A stretch of DNA of 63,915 nt, filler included. It is 10 parts of 10 records of this genome, joined end to end, with 100 filler letters (N's around TTAATTAATTAA, not from the genome) between each part and the next. Parts side by side here need not be neighbours in the genome. Positions count along the whole stretch, not along the records: positions 1 to 6,583 come from SRR7504441_3666; positions 6,684 to 12,211 come from SRR7504441_3670; 8 more parts are not named here. One strand, 5' to 3'. A program made the position numbers and the translations under genes. This document shows positions 1 to 12,311 of this stretch, piece by piece. Positions within the stretch are counted from its first letter, which is position 1. Each line of letters begins with the position of its first letter. Below the pieces are notes generated by a model. That model was not told the DNA's origin, searched no databases, and was given only the letters and a program-made list of their open reading frames with translations.

Positions 1-191
1 AGGGTTTCATTTGTCCGGTGTCGTGTGATACAGTGTAGGCTGTTGGATCACACACACATGGGGTTCAGTTCGACGGTCGTTTAGTCGTTCAATGAATGAA
101 GGAAAGGCGGGAAAGGCTGGACTGAAAGTAGGCGATTAAAGCATCAACCTTGTTCGGTGTTAGCTGCGTGTGCAATCTAGGTGCAAGCAGT

Positions 192-1231
192 CTAGTACGG
201 GATCTGGAGGCCGTCCTCGCAGTTGATGAACTGGCCGCTCTTGCTCATGTCGATCGCCATCACTTCGTGCAGCACCCGCTTGGCGCCCTGATCCGACGGC
301 ACCGCGCCCTCCACGTCCCATATGTGCTCGTACTTGCGGGTCATGTCGGTCCGGTTGAACCCTGGGTGGAGCATCACCACCGGGAATCCGTGCTTCTTGA
401 GCTCTTCGCTCAGCAGCACCCCGCCGATGTTGCACGCAGCCCGGCTCATATGGTGCCCCTGCCCGGCCGCTCGCCAGGCCCGGGCCCGGCTCTCACGTAG
501 TCCCCGCCCTCGTCCTTGTTTTGCGTGAACCGCCACTCGGCTGAGCCGGCCTGCCGCGGGCTGAGAGCCGGCCGAGACGCGCGGGCTGCCTGGCTGCTGA
601 TCGTGACCAGCTTGCAGCCGGGCGCCAGCTTGCCCTGGCTGAAGAGCGCGCTGTTTACCCGGAGCGGACCCAGCTGCCCCGAGCCTCAGTCCGGCCGTTA
701 AGATGGCTCACGGCGCAGATGTCGATCTGCTTGAGCTGCTCGTCGAAGTTCAAAGGGTTGGCTGGGTCGGTCACGGTCTCGTGGATGTCCGGGAAGTAGC
801 CCGCGTTGTTGATCACAATGTCCACCGGCTCATCGATTGCCTCGGCCATCCCGGCCACCGACTGGGTGTCCTGTACGTCCACGCCGCTGATGATCTGCCC
901 CGGGTTGGCCGGGTCCGGCAGTCGGCTTGCCTGGTGCCGGGGCGGGTGAAGGTAGTCCGGCAGCTCGCCCGGGCTGCTGCGGCAGGTGCCGATCACCCTG
1001 GCCCCGCAGCCCACCAGCTCCTGCACGATCGCCAGCCCGAGCCCCCGGTTGGCTCCGGTCACCAGCACCCGGCTCCTGGGCCCGGCTGGTCGGCGGCCGG
1101 GCGGGGCCGCACCCGCAGAGTTCGGTCCCGTCGTACACGCTGCTGATGTCCAGGTAACGGATGTTCTTCTCGGCCTTGGCTCGCTCGAACCGGGCCGTCT
1201 GGTCCGCCAGGCTGTGCGTTCGGTCCGCCAT
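192..1231 (-). CDS. Short-chain dehydrogenase/reductase (CsgA/C-factor-like), 5 introns
   Basis: Spliced product has [26 protein letters not shown]-like (VTISSQAGS) and [11 protein letters not shown]. Introns at 1076-1112, 895-930 (GC-AG), 674-711, 551-589 (GC-AG) and 459-496. Confidence 0.9.
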
Positions 1232-1304
1232 CTCGAGGATTCCCTGAAGACCGCGGCTGGCAGTTGGAGTTAGACGGCGGGTGTGCCGATTGGCCGGCAG
1301 TGCG

Positions 1305-2588
1305 ATGCCTGCTCAGCTTGTGGCGCTGGTGGTGCTGCTTGGTGCCGGGATCGGTGCAACGCAGTCTGATCCGTGGGCCGTGCCGGGGCATGTGTGCACA
1401 AGCTTTGGCGGGTGCATCCAGGCGGCGGCGGACTCGGTCGGGCTGAGCCAACACGACCTGCACCGGCTGTGCGGCGAGCTGCCCGAGTGCGCCCGGCCGG
1501 GCTGGGGCAGGCTTCTGCTCGAACACAAGGGCCTCCTGCCCCAGCTGATCCACGGCCGCCCCCCGCCGCCCGGCTGCCCCCCGGTGGCGCGCTGGTACCC
1601 AGAGAGCTGGGCGCTCGATCGGCCGGCGCACGTGGCCGGGCTGGCTCGGGAGCTCGAGGGCCTGTGCACCCGACCGGCCAGCACCGAGCTGTTCTGCCTC
1701 AAGCCGCTGCTTGGGACCGAGGGCCGCGGGATCGAGATCGTCGGCCTTGAGCAGCTCTGCCAGTACCGGCCGCAGCTGTTCGGGCGGGAGCACAAGACGG
1801 CCCCGGTGGTGGCCGACCCGTACAGGCCGTACTTGGTCCAGCGGTACCTGCACAACCCACTGCTGCTCCGGAGCAACAAGAAGTTCGACATCCGGGTGCA
1901 TGCCTTTGCTGCAATGAGTGTCGGCCGCCAAGCTGCCAGGCTCCGGCCGCTCTTTTGGAGCTTCGTGAGCCCGGTGCTTTTGGTCAAGGTGGCCCCCGGC
2001 GAGTACAGCCCCGCGGAGGCGGTGCTGGCCGAGTACAAGCAGCGGCATGTGCTGAGCGCCGGGCCTGGGGTTGGCTGGATGCTCGGGCACCACCTCTGGC
2101 GTGAGCTGCACCCGGACCAGCAGGCCGAGTGGCGGCCGGACCAGCTGCTCGAGCGGCTCCAGAGCCGGGTCGAGTGCGCAGTGCGGGCGGTATTCAGCGC
2201 GGCCAAGCCGGAGCTGCTCCTGGAGGCAGTGGCTGGGCGGGGCGAGCCGAGGCTGCTGGGCGACCGGCCGCCGACCGAGCAGGAGCTGCGGTCAGTAGCT
2301 GGGGTGCACTGGGAGCTGTACGGAGTGGACTTCGTAGTGGACGCCAACGCGGAGCCGTTCATGGTCGACTTTAACACCGAGCCTGGACTGAGCAAGGCCG
2401 AGCTGCTCGGAGATGCGGTCAAGGCCCAGTTCGGGCAGATGCTCAGCCTGCTCCAAGCGATCCAAAAGAACCGAGACCACACCACCGCACCCAACCACAC
2501 CGCCGGCTTCCGGTGCCTGAACAGTCCACAGAAGGACGAACCCTGGTGGAACGCCACCACCGCACATGACGGCACTGATGAGCTCTAA
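1305..2588 (+). CDS. Tubulin-tyrosine ligase family (ATP-grasp) protein with signal peptide and C-terminal TDEL
   Basis: Motifs [44 protein letters not shown]...[10 protein letters not shown]. Hydrophobic N-terminus [18 protein letters not shown]. Confidence 0.8.
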   Translation: MPAQLVALVVLLGAGIGATQSDPWAVPGHVCTSFGGCIQAAADSVGLSQHDLHRLCGELPECARPGWGRLLLEHKGLLPQLIHGRPPPPGCPPVARWYPESWALDRPAHVAGLARELEGLCTRPASTELFCLKPLLGTEGRGIEIVGLEQLCQYRPQLFGREHKTAPVVADPYRPYLVQRYLHNPLLLRSNKKFDIRVHAFAAMSVGRQAARLRPLFWSFVSPVLLVKVAPGEYSPAEAVLAEYKQRHVLSAGPGVGWMLGHHLWRELHPDQQAEWRPDQLLERLQSRVECAVRAVFSAAKPELLLEAVAGRGEPRLLGDRPPTEQELRSVAGVHWELYGVDFVVDANAEPFMVDFNTEPGLSKAELLGDAVKAQFGQMLSLLQAIQKNRDHTTAPNHTAGFRCLNSPQKDEPWWNATTAHDGTDEL

Positions 2589-2703
2589 AAGCCGTACTGT
2601 CTACGAGTATGAACTGTCGCACCCGTGGTTTGAAACGTACAGATCTGGAGTCATGTTATGATTTTGTTCCGTATGAGTGCTTTTGCTTTATAGTGCAGCT
2701 TAA

Positions 2704-3475
2704 TTAATAGCCGTTACGGTATTCCTCGACCTTATTATTCACGAGTTGCGTGATTCTGGTGGACAACTCCACGTTTTGGGGATTCTTATCGGGATGCCAT
2801 TTTCGGCGCAATCTCCTTAGCATTTGCTCGCGCTCCCTCCTATCCTTGATTCGAAAGACCGCCTGGCGCCCTGGTCAGCCCGGGGCGGCGACTAGCTCCC
2901 ACCTGTAGCTGTAGCCCGACCTCTAGCTCGAGCTCGGCAGCCATGTCTTCGATCGGGTCCACTGGCTCGGCCTCCTGCTCTGCCTCGGCCCTGCCCAACC
3001 GCTGCTCGGCACAGCCCTAGATTCCGCAGCAAACCCCCAAATCGGCGTGGACCACTCGGCCTCGGGGCTGGCCCCCATCGAGATTGGGCTCGGGCCTGGT
3101 TTGCTGGCGATCGGGAGCACTTTGATCTCGAAGGCCCCGTCGCTGAAGCTCAGCCTGCGCCGGGTGAGTTGGACCGGCCTGGGGCTACTCGAGTCGGCGG
3201 CGCTGGAAGATGGGCTGGAAGAGCTCGAGCAGGAAGCTGACTGCGGTGGGGTCGAAGCTAGGCCACAAGCAGCCGAGCCGGTGCGAGACCGCGTTCCAGA
3301 CCTCCCCGAGGAACGAGTTCCAGGGCGCGATGTGCAGCCGGGCCTCCAGCTGGAACGGCACGAACGGGCTGCGCTGGTAGTCGAGCCAGCTTGTGCACAC
3401 GCAGCTTCCATGCAGCCCCACCACCACCCTCGACTGCCCCGTGGCACGCAGCCGCTCCTGCACGCCACCTTTCAT
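2704..3475 (-). CDS. Small protein with C-terminal J-domain-like segment (sacsin-type), about 3 introns
   Basis: Spliced C-terminus RREREQMLRRLRRKWHPDKNPQNVELSTRITQLVNNKV contains the HPD motif. This part is absent from the ORF track. Confidence 0.65.
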
Positions 3476-3520
3476 CCAGACAACATGCACGATGAGAACT
3501 CCAAACGGCAGCCAGTAGCC

Positions 3521-4682
3521 ATGCGCGCCGCCGGGTTGCCGGCACGCCGGTGGCTGAGCTGCGCCCGCGATGGAGGAGGCGAGACCGTGCTCAGTCGGCT
3601 CCGTCGGCAGCACGGGTGCGCGCGGCTGTCGGCTGTGCTTCGAGCCGTGTCAGGCTGCCGGAGAGCGCGGCCCAGCGGCTGCTCAGGAAGCGGCTGGTCC
3701 GGGTGCGCAGCCAGCCCGGGGGGGCGTTGCGGCGGGTGGGCCGCGGGGTGATGCTGGCCGATCGAGATGAGCTGGTGCTCCCGAGCTCGTGGGTGAGCCC
3801 CGATGCGCTACCGGAGCGCTCCAGAGCCAGTCGGCCGAAGTTCGACCGGGCGGCGGCTGAGCGGGTGTTGCTGCCGCGGGTACGGGCCGGGCGGCGGGCT
3901 GGACAGGCGGTGCAGGTGCTCTTCTCAGATGAGCACCTGATTGTGCTGAACAAGCCGGCCGGGCTGGCCACCCAAGGTGGGAGCCGAATTGCGGCAAGCG
4001 TGGACAGCATGGCTCAAGTGCTCAGTGACGGCGAGCCGCCCAGGCTGGTGCACAGGTGCCGCCCGGGCCTGGCTGCGGTAGGACGAGAGGCAGGTTGGAC
4101 AAGGATACCTCCGGCTGCCTGCTGCTGGCTCGGTCCAGGCAGGCGGCGGCAGCGATTGCAGCGGCTTTCCGGCGAGGCGACAAGGCGGTCACACGCAGGT
4201 ACTGGGCTGTTGTGTGCGGGACACTGGAGCGCTCGGAAGGGTGGCTCGATTCGGCGCTTCAGCCAGGCGTCGGGCGGTTCGGTCGAGAGAGGATGCAACT
4301 GGCGGCTGCAGCGGCGGAGGATGCGATGCCTGCTGCCACCCACTTTGAAGTGCTCGCAGCCAGTAACAGGCTCAGCTGGTTGCAGCTCGCCCCTGCCACA
4401 GGCCGTAAGCACCAGATCCGGGTGCATTGCTCCCAGGGCTTGGGAGCACCAGTGCTTGGCGACTACAAGTACGGCTTCAACCGGCTCAGTAGTGCCTCTG
4501 AAGACTGTGCACTATTAGGAATATCGCCACGAAATGTGAAACTACACCTCCATGCGTATTCACTCCAGTTGAAGCACCCAATCCATGGCAACGAGTTAGA
4601 ATGGCGGGCGCCACCGCCAGAGCATTTCGAAAAGACAATCAACACGCTTGGTTGGGGAAGTCCTGATTCATTTAGTTCGTGA
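3521..4682 (+). CDS. RluA-family RNA pseudouridine synthase (probably organellar)
   Basis: Motifs IVLNKPAGLATQGG, VHR|LDKDTSG (across a 38-nt intron), PATGRKHQIRVH, PVLGDYKYG, LHLHAYSL. Confidence 0.92.
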
Positions 4683-5156
4683 CGTAGTTGCTCAAGTTTC
4701 AATGAAGTTGTACATAACTAGTCATGTAAGAGGGGCCGAACTCGTGTCGAACCGATCGGGTCTCTTACAGTGTGTAGTTTATATATATTACTTACGTCCG
4801 GCTATCAAGGGTTGAAGGAAAATGATTATTTGTAGTACGAGTATAGTATTCAATCGATCAATCAATCAAAGGTCTGTGTTGTGTACAATTGCATCCTATG
4901 AGGTACCTATGAGGGCTTACAGTGCATGCCCGCGTATGGTACAATATCATTAATAACGTATGCTAGGTACCAACTCTCAACATGTACAGTTATTTACAAG
5001 ACTTAGGTACGGTATTACTTGACGTACATCTACACGTTTCTGCTTTTATACAGCATTGCTCGTGTAGCAGCTCGGCAGCCAAGCACTAGTTGGACCTTAT
5101 GTAGCCGTGAAGCACTTCCTAGTCTGAAAGCGTCGTCGTCGCTTGAAATGACGATG

Positions 5157-6583
5157 TCAAAATAACGAGGAGAAAACACCAGCAATACCTCCCGCATCCG
5201 CCTCAGATTCGCCCACATCACCCCCTTCGACGTCAGGATGGATGACATCCTTTGGTCTAGACCTAATGGTTGCATCAAGAGCTTTTGTCTCCGCCCTGAC
5301 GCGAGCCTTTTGCAACACTGATTCCATCTCCTGGATTACTCCCATGACGCGAACACTCTCGAGAAATTTTCCCTCAGAGGCTAATTGATCCTTCTCCTTG
5401 CTCAATTCCTGTCTCTTTTGCTCCAATTCAGTTGTGATCAATGTACCTATGAAAGCATACAGTATCGTTACATCAGTGAACCACTTTAAAACAAGTTACC
5501 GAAAGCAGCTGACTGGGCAGTAGCAGGATCCAGCAATTCTTGGACTTGTCTTTCGTACTCACCAGTCAACAGCGAGCAGTGGCTGCTTACCTTTGGCGAA
5601 GTTGATGCATTTTCATGCTCCAAACAGAAGATTCTCCCTTGTTCTATGACCTGATGCCCGAGTAGGCTACTCTTGAAAGCAACAGATCACCTGGTCGTGC
5701 TTTTGTAGCATCTCCCAGACAGGTCCATCAAGCAGGGTTTGATGCTCCTCAATCAGAAGTCTGACTGTACCTCGCGCGGCTTCAATGTCGCTGACAGGAC
5801 AGACCAATTGAATTTGAGGGTCGGGCTGCTAAGTACACCTTGCTTTGGTTTGCAAATCATTAATCGTTTCGTTTTCCAACTGTGAAATGTTCTTGAGTGT
5901 GACCTAAAGAGCAGCAATATGAGCAGCAGAATGGCGCATTTGTGTTTCCTGTGTTGCCTCTTCTAGTGTCTCCTTCACTTGGGACAACGCTTGCACTGCA
6001 CGATCCTGCGCTTCTTTCCATTGCGTTATTCTCTGTGGCCCCAGGTTCGGTGTTTAGGCCGTCATGGCGGTCACCTCGTCAAGCACTGATGGTAGCTTTG
6101 ACTTCGCTTCTATCAGCAACGCATGTCTGCCTTCTAAAAGTTCTATCAAATGCTCCACAGATTCCTACACGGCAGTATTATTCAGAGACGTTCAGAAGAG
6201 CACTGTCACTCGGTCTGAGTGAGCTGAAGGGTCAGCTTGCATGGTTGCCAACTGCTGTGAACCTGCAAGCAGAGGATTACGGGAGCTCTACCCAGGGCAT
6301 GCCTTGAGGAGGAGCTTTCCATTGGGTCCTGCCAGTCAGTGGATTGTAGTAGTACTTTCGCCCGCTTATGCCAAACTCGCGCCACTCTCCACCAGGAGCT
6401 ACAGGCGGGGGTTGAGACTGCGGCGCTCGAGCAGGGGGTCGTGAGCTTTGAGCTACCGGTGCGGAGATGCCATGCTCTCGGAGTAGGCTCTCGAGCAACT
6501 TCACACGTTGAAGCAGCTCAGTAGGCTCGGCCACTTGAGCTGGCTCCTCAGCCTCTGCCTCCTCCACCTCCGCTGGTGCCTCA
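5157..6583 (-). CDS. WW-domain coiled-coil protein, 5'-truncated, multiple small introns
   Basis: GEWREFGISGRKYYYNPLTGRTQWKAPP is a WW domain. Downstream helical exons are joined through 40-55 nt introns; the exact structure is uncertain. Confidence 0.65.
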
Positions 6584-6683
6584 NNNNNNNNNNNNNNNNN
6601 NNNNNNNNNNNNNNNNNNNNNNNNNNNTTAATTAATTAANNNNNNNNNNNNNNNNNNNNNNNNNNNNNNNNNNNNNNNNNNNN
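6584..6683. other. Artificial contig linker (first of nine: also 12212-12311, 19278-19377, 22963-23062, 28050-28149, 37973-38072, 51283-51382, 56119-56218, 59870-59969)
   Basis: Identical 44N-TTAATTAATTAA-44N blocks (stop codons in all six frames). Confidence 0.99.
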
Positions 6684-7001
6684 AAAGACTATACAAAGAC
6701 TATGCAAAGACCTCAACAGGCACCTTCAAAAGAACAGAAAAAAGTGAAATCAATGCTACTAATGTTATATCATAGATCTAGCATAGATCTAGCATGCGCA
6801 GTAGTCGGTGACATGCGTTCATTTTTAGGCATCTCACTCGAGTTCACCTCTACATGTACTAACCTCAATTAACCCAACCTACGGTTCCGCACAAGTACGC
6901 CAGCACAAGTCTAACTAGTACATCTATCTAGTATCACAAGGCTCTTGGACATCTGATGGCATCACGAGTGTATCGATGCGATACTTAGAACACCACTACA
7001 A

Positions 7002-10000
7002 TCATTTGGCACGCACGCGCTTGCATGCAAACGCATCCCATTGCTCTAAATGCTTGAGCTCGGCCTGCACCCACAGCCCTCAGTGGCCCTGTGGAGTACC
7101 CAAGCCCACCTGGGCCAGAGCTGTTAGCTCAGCCACAAACGCAATAGGTGCCAGCCCGCCCGCCCGGTCCTGCACTATGATCGGATGGCCAGCCGCAGCC
7201 GCCTCCCTCGAAACGCACTCAACAATGCTACCCATTGCCTGCCAGACATCTCAATCAGATTCAATAGGTAGCCTCAACATACTTGCACGCAGCTTGGATT
7301 CGCGCGGCCAGCTGCTTGGCATCGCGCTGCCGCTTCCACAGCAGACTGCCGGCAGCTTGGCTTGAGCGCGGCCCTACGGGCCTGGACCGACGCGCCTATC
7401 GCCTCACACAGCTGCTCTCGGGCTCGCTGTAACGTGATCCGCCTGGACTTTGAGAGCAGAGCGACCATCTCGGCCAGTCCGAGCTTGGCATCCGACCTAT
7501 GCGCGGGGGACAGCTTCTGGAGCGCCAGCAGCCAGCCCCGCCCACGAGGCATCCGGTGGATAGCTGGCTCGAGCGTCTCGCCCAGCTGCTCCAGCCGCGC
7601 AGCCGGGAGGCAGGTCTGGTCCTGGCTGGTCCGGTTTGGCACTCGAACCAACACGGGCGTAAGATCGGCGGTGCCGGATGTGGAGACTGCAAACCCAAAC
7701 TTGACCACGGAAGGCTGCCGGTAGTACGTGTCGATCTCGTGCCTGTCGACCAGCAGCTGATCGGTCGGGCCGAGCCCGGCGACCACCGTCTCGTCCACTA
7801 CAAAGTCCATGGCGTCCGAGAACTCCATCCGAACAAGGTTTGCCCGGTTGGGCGCCTCAGCTGCCACGTCGAACCCCGGGACTAGGCACTGCTGGCGCGG
7901 CTCCATGTGCCGCACTGGGACAGCCCGCAGCTGGAAAGAGGCAGCCGCCCAGGCGAGGTCCTCGTAGTCCAGACTGAGGGCTCCGTGCAGAAGCTGCCGG
8001 CACCGGCGATTGGAGGACGGCCGGCTTTGGTGGAGCCCGGCGGCGAGGGATTGCTTGGCGGTGGCAAGGTCTGCCTGGAGCGCCTGCTGGAGGCAGGAGA
8101 TCTGAGTGGCCACGAACGAGCCATTCAGCAGCGACAGGTGGTACTTGGAGGCCGTGAGTGGGTGGCTCTGCAGAAGAGGCTCTTTCTCGGGCAAGCAGTC
8201 CACCACGAGCTGATCCAGCACAGGCCAGGTCCGCGGCCGGCTCTGGCTGCTCGCCCGGCGGAGAGTCGCCAGATGAAACAGCAGCAGCATCTCCGGCCAG
8301 GTGCGAAGGAGCAGTTCAGTCCCCAGTGGTGCTTCAGCTGCGCACGCCTCGAAGTCCCGCGGGCAGAGCATCGAGTCCCACTGGATCTGCATCGCAATGT
8401 CGCCCGGGGCCAATTTCTGGGTTGGGAACATCCCTACTCCGTTCGACCAGTGATCGAGCGACACACCCGGCTGGATGCGCGCCTCGGCCTTCACCTGGGA
8501 CCACTCACGCCAATACATCCGGCCGGGCCACCAAACTGCCAGCCAGGCCCATCTCCCGCAAAAGCACGTTGTGCTGTACTTCGGTCGCCTTGGACACTGG
8601 TCTTGCCGGCTGCTGAGCCTGTGCCTGCACGCCCGGCTGCCCAACGGGTTCAGTCGAGTTCAAGCCCGGCTGACCTGCTCGTCTGCTGGTGGGGAGGAGA
8701 ACAAATGCAGGCACAAGATCAGGAGGAGCGCCGCCAGAATCAGCAGCCGGAATCCTAGCTGCATCCTGCTCTCGCCTGCCCAGCCGGTTCAGCCTGGCCA
8801 AGCCTGTGCTACCTGGCCGGCCCACGAGAGAACTGAGCTCGGCCCATTGCCTGCTGAGCCAGCCTGCAGTCTTGGGTCGATCCGGCCGCGCCTGCTGCTT
8901 CCTCTTGCGCTTTGGCTGCTGGTGCTTCTTCCCAGCGATCTGCGCTTCAGGCTCAGCCGCTTGCCTAGTCGTAAGCCTGGACCTCTTGTTTGGGCGATGC
9001 AGCCCGCCGCTCAGACTTGCTCTCGCTCTCTTGTTTAGGCTGGGCAGGCACCGGTGGCGGCTTCTCCGCACTCGGGATGGCAGGCGGCTTCTGTTTCTTG
9101 CTCTCTGCCCGTGGCTTCTTCCCGGGCTGTGCGCAGCCACGGTCAGCCAGCACTAGCCCCGCTGTGCTATTCAGGCAATAGCCACCTGGAGTGGCACTTG
9201 CTGGCTCGACCGCTGCAAGCTCTTAGTCTTGAGCCTCTCCTCGTTTAGTGCTTGCTCGGCCTCCCACAACCGCTGCTGCGCCGCGGCCGCCCGATCCTCT
9301 TGCGCAAGCTTCTCTTGCCGCAGCTGCTCCAGAAGCGACTGCTGCGGCTCAGCCGGCTGCCGCTCTCCAAGTCGAGTCTCGTATGAATCGAGCAGCTGCC
9401 TGACCATCTGCAGCCCCTGCTCTCTGCTGGTCTGCTCAGGGAGGCCCGAATCCGCCAGGACGGCCGCCAGCATTGCGTCGTCTGCGCTCTCATTCTCGAG
9501 GGCCGCACGCAGCTGCTCTCGCGTGGTGCTGTCTGCAATCAAGGGCTTGGACACTCGCGGGCCGCTCTCGGCCGCTGTCAGGGCACCGGTCCGCCATTTG
9601 GCTGGGCTGGTTTCAGTCAGCTCGCCAACCTCTGTGAGGATGTTGTCCAGGACCGGCCAGACCGCCGCCGCCCACCACAAGTTGACCCGCCAGCGCTTGG
9701 ACGAGACCCGTTTGATTGAGATGCCATTCAGCAAGTCGGGTCTGGCCATCTGGCCCGCCAGCACCGCACTCACCAGCCGGTCTAACATCTGGCCGGGCGA
9801 CTGTATGGCCTCGAGCTTGATGCTCAGGTTGGCCCCTCCCAGGTTGGCGGGGTCCGTCCATATCGGGTCCAAGCCCACACGGAATACCCAGATCCGAGCC
9901 CCGACCGGCATCGCAGCCACCGCCACCTGCCGCTCCTCAGCCAGCCGACCGCTCACGCCCGCACCGCTTGCCAGAGCGCCTGCCACCAGCCAGTGCTAGT

Positions 10001-10759
10001 GCAGCTCCCCAGCTGCCGCGCCGGCCCAGTCTGGTCGAAATGGACAATCCATGGCCCCGGCTCGGCCGCGAGCTCCTCCGGATTGAGCGGCCTCAGCTGC
10101 CCCGGCTGGCTCAGTGCGAGCCACCAGGTGCGGCACCCCTGCGCCCGTCCGGCGGGCCTCTAGATCCTCTGGGAGCGCCGCACCGGCATCCACGGGCAGC
10201 ACGCCCGACCAGCCGGGTGCGCGCGATTGTGGCTGGGAGTTGCCCGGCCCGCGAATCTGTGGCTCAGCGTCCTCTGGGGCGGCCGGCCGCGGCTGGGATT
10301 CGCCCGAGAGCTGCTCCCATGTCACGCGACTGCCCGGATCGGACGTGCGTCCCGACCGGCCTAAACTAAGTCACCGGCAATCGGCCAGCGGCGCACCGGT
10401 CCACAACGAATCGCCCCAAACCGCCGTCTCCCAGGCCTGTCCGCCGCTCGCCGCCGCCGCCGAGCCCACAGGCCACCCCCGAGCCGCCGGTTGGTTCGGC
10501 TGGTCCGTTGTTCCTCCGGTCGTTTGCGTACTGCCCCGGGCTGAGCCGCCGGGCCGGTCGGCGGGCACTTGGTGGAGGATAGAGTGCACCGAGCTGCGGC
10601 CCTCGCTACCGGCCCACTCAGCCCACCGCTTCGCTGGGCCACACACCCGGACCGATCGAACGAGTCCCGGCTGCCCGACGAGTCGCAGCTGGATCGAGCC
10701 GCCCGTTGCGCCGCCCGGGACCGCCGGTCCGGGGAGCGGGGCGGCAGGCTGCTCTCCAT
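7002..10759 (-). CDS. Putative fusion protein: divergent eIF4E-like domain, coiled coil, transmembrane helix, degenerate SET (Rubisco-LSMT-like) domain
   Basis: eIF4E-like: PWIVHFD...RIWVFRVGLDPIWTDPANLGG...LNGISIK...VNLWW. TM: GFRLLILAALLLILCLHLF. SET-like: NGVGMFPTQKLAPGDIAMQIQW...LAWAAASFQLRA...CLVPGFDV. One continuous frame can be built with GT-AG introns; a split into two genes is possible. Confidence 0.55.
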
Positions 10760-10841
10760 TCGAGCCCCCGGTGTCAACAGACCGGCCCACAACGGAACAG
10801 CTGCAGCTGCTCGGGCCCGGGGAGGCCTTAAGCGGGGAGGC

Positions 10842-12205
10842 ATGGCCAATACAGCGAACGTGGGGGCTGGCGCGCTCGACCTGCAGCATATCCGGGACAC
10901 GCTGTGCAGGTCACTGTGCACCCCGGCCTCCGGGCCCGAGCCCCGGGGCAGGATGGAGGATTCTATCATCTTCTGCCTCACCGAAAGGGCCCAGTACCCC
11001 CTCAACCAGGCGCGCCCGACCGACCGCCCGGCCCCCGACCGCGCGCAGGAGGCGTACGCCCCGGACTGCCCGATGCTCAGCGAGTTTGTCCGGCACCAGG
11101 CGGCTGCTCCCGCCCCAGCAGCTGACCAGCCGGCAGCTGCGCACGGCCGGCTCTAACGCCTGCTACGCGGACCATTTTCTGTATCGGTGCCACTGCCCGG
11201 CTGCGGGCGGCTGATCCAGGCTGGCCAGGACCGAGCTGCTGCACGCCGAGGCCGGGCGTGCGCCAGCCGGCCGGTTGGCCTCAGGCCGGCGGCAGGGTAC
11301 CTGCATCCAACTGAGCACTCGTTCTTCTCGCCGCTCCCGGAGCCGTTGATAGGCGAGGTCGGGTGCTCGGCCGGTCCCAGCGGCCAGCGCGGGGCCAGTC
11401 CGAGCGGTTCCTCACCTCGCAGTCGGTGCTGCACGAGCACAAAGTAAACGTGAACTCGAAACTGCTCGAGGTGAGCTCGCGGTGCTGACTGGCGCTCACC
11501 CAGGGGGCCAGCTCTACCGGACTGCTGTGCTGCCTGAGATCTGCGCCAACGAATCGGACGGCAACCTGGGCTCGGTGTGTACGATAGACATTCAGCTGCT
11601 CCAGACCATCGCCACGCGCATCTACTACGGTCGGGCCTCTGGAGGGACCTCTCACGGTGGTCAGGACTGTTCGTGGCGCATTCTAAGCTATGCTCCGAGC
11701 GGGAACGGTGCGCTCGTGAGCCAGTCGGCCGGCCAGCGGCTGCAGGTTTGAGAAGCTGATAAGAGACCGGGACGAAGCAGGGTAAAAGCCGTGTGGCCGG
11801 CTGGGGCGACACGGGTTCAGGTTGATGGAGGCGATCACCAAGCCTGAGGTGGAGCAGCGGAACATCCGGAGGGTGCGGCCAGCGGCTGGGCCGGGCTGAC
11901 TGGATTCTGAAGGTAGTGAAGAAGGTCCAAACCTTCTCTCAAGAAGTCACAGTCGACTCCCCGGAGAAGACTTCAGAGCCAAAGGCTCGTGAGCGCTGCG
12001 CTTGGTGCCGAATGGCGGGAAGGTTTACCGTATCTCGCCCGAGTTTGTGGGCTCTGTGTTTGAGAAGTTTGTGATGCCGCTCACCAAGGAGGTCGAGGTG
12101 CGCCGCAGGCAGGCCGAGTGCTCAGGCTGCTGCATGCAGGTTGACTATTTGCTCAATTATGTGCCATTGGAGGGGGTCACTCGGGTGCAGCCGAGTAGCA
12201 AGTGA
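10842..12205 (+). CDS. ARO7: Chorismate mutase, eukaryotic AroQ type, intron-rich
   Basis: Motifs LDLQHIRDTL.RMEDSIIFCLTERAQY, GRYLHPTEHSFF, DGNLGSVCTIDIQLLQTIATRIYYGLFVAHSK, VMPLTKEVEVDYLL. About 11 introns of 35-42 nt. Confidence 0.93.
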
Positions 12206-12311
12206 TTGTCANNNNNNNNNNNNNNNNNNNNNNNNNNNNNNNNNNNNNNNNNNNNTTAATTAATTAANNNNNNNNNNNNNNNNNNNNNNNNNNNNNNNNN
12301 NNNNNNNNNNN

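Noticed and set aside
1059-2575. Long antisense or alternate-frame ORFs (also 20161-21321, 54393-55601 and many others)
   Set aside because: Shadow ORFs expected from high GC and codon bias; no recognisable motifs.
6584-6683. TTAATTAATTAA motif recurring between N runs
   Set aside because: Artificial contig linker; no biology, and no gene neighbourhood across it.
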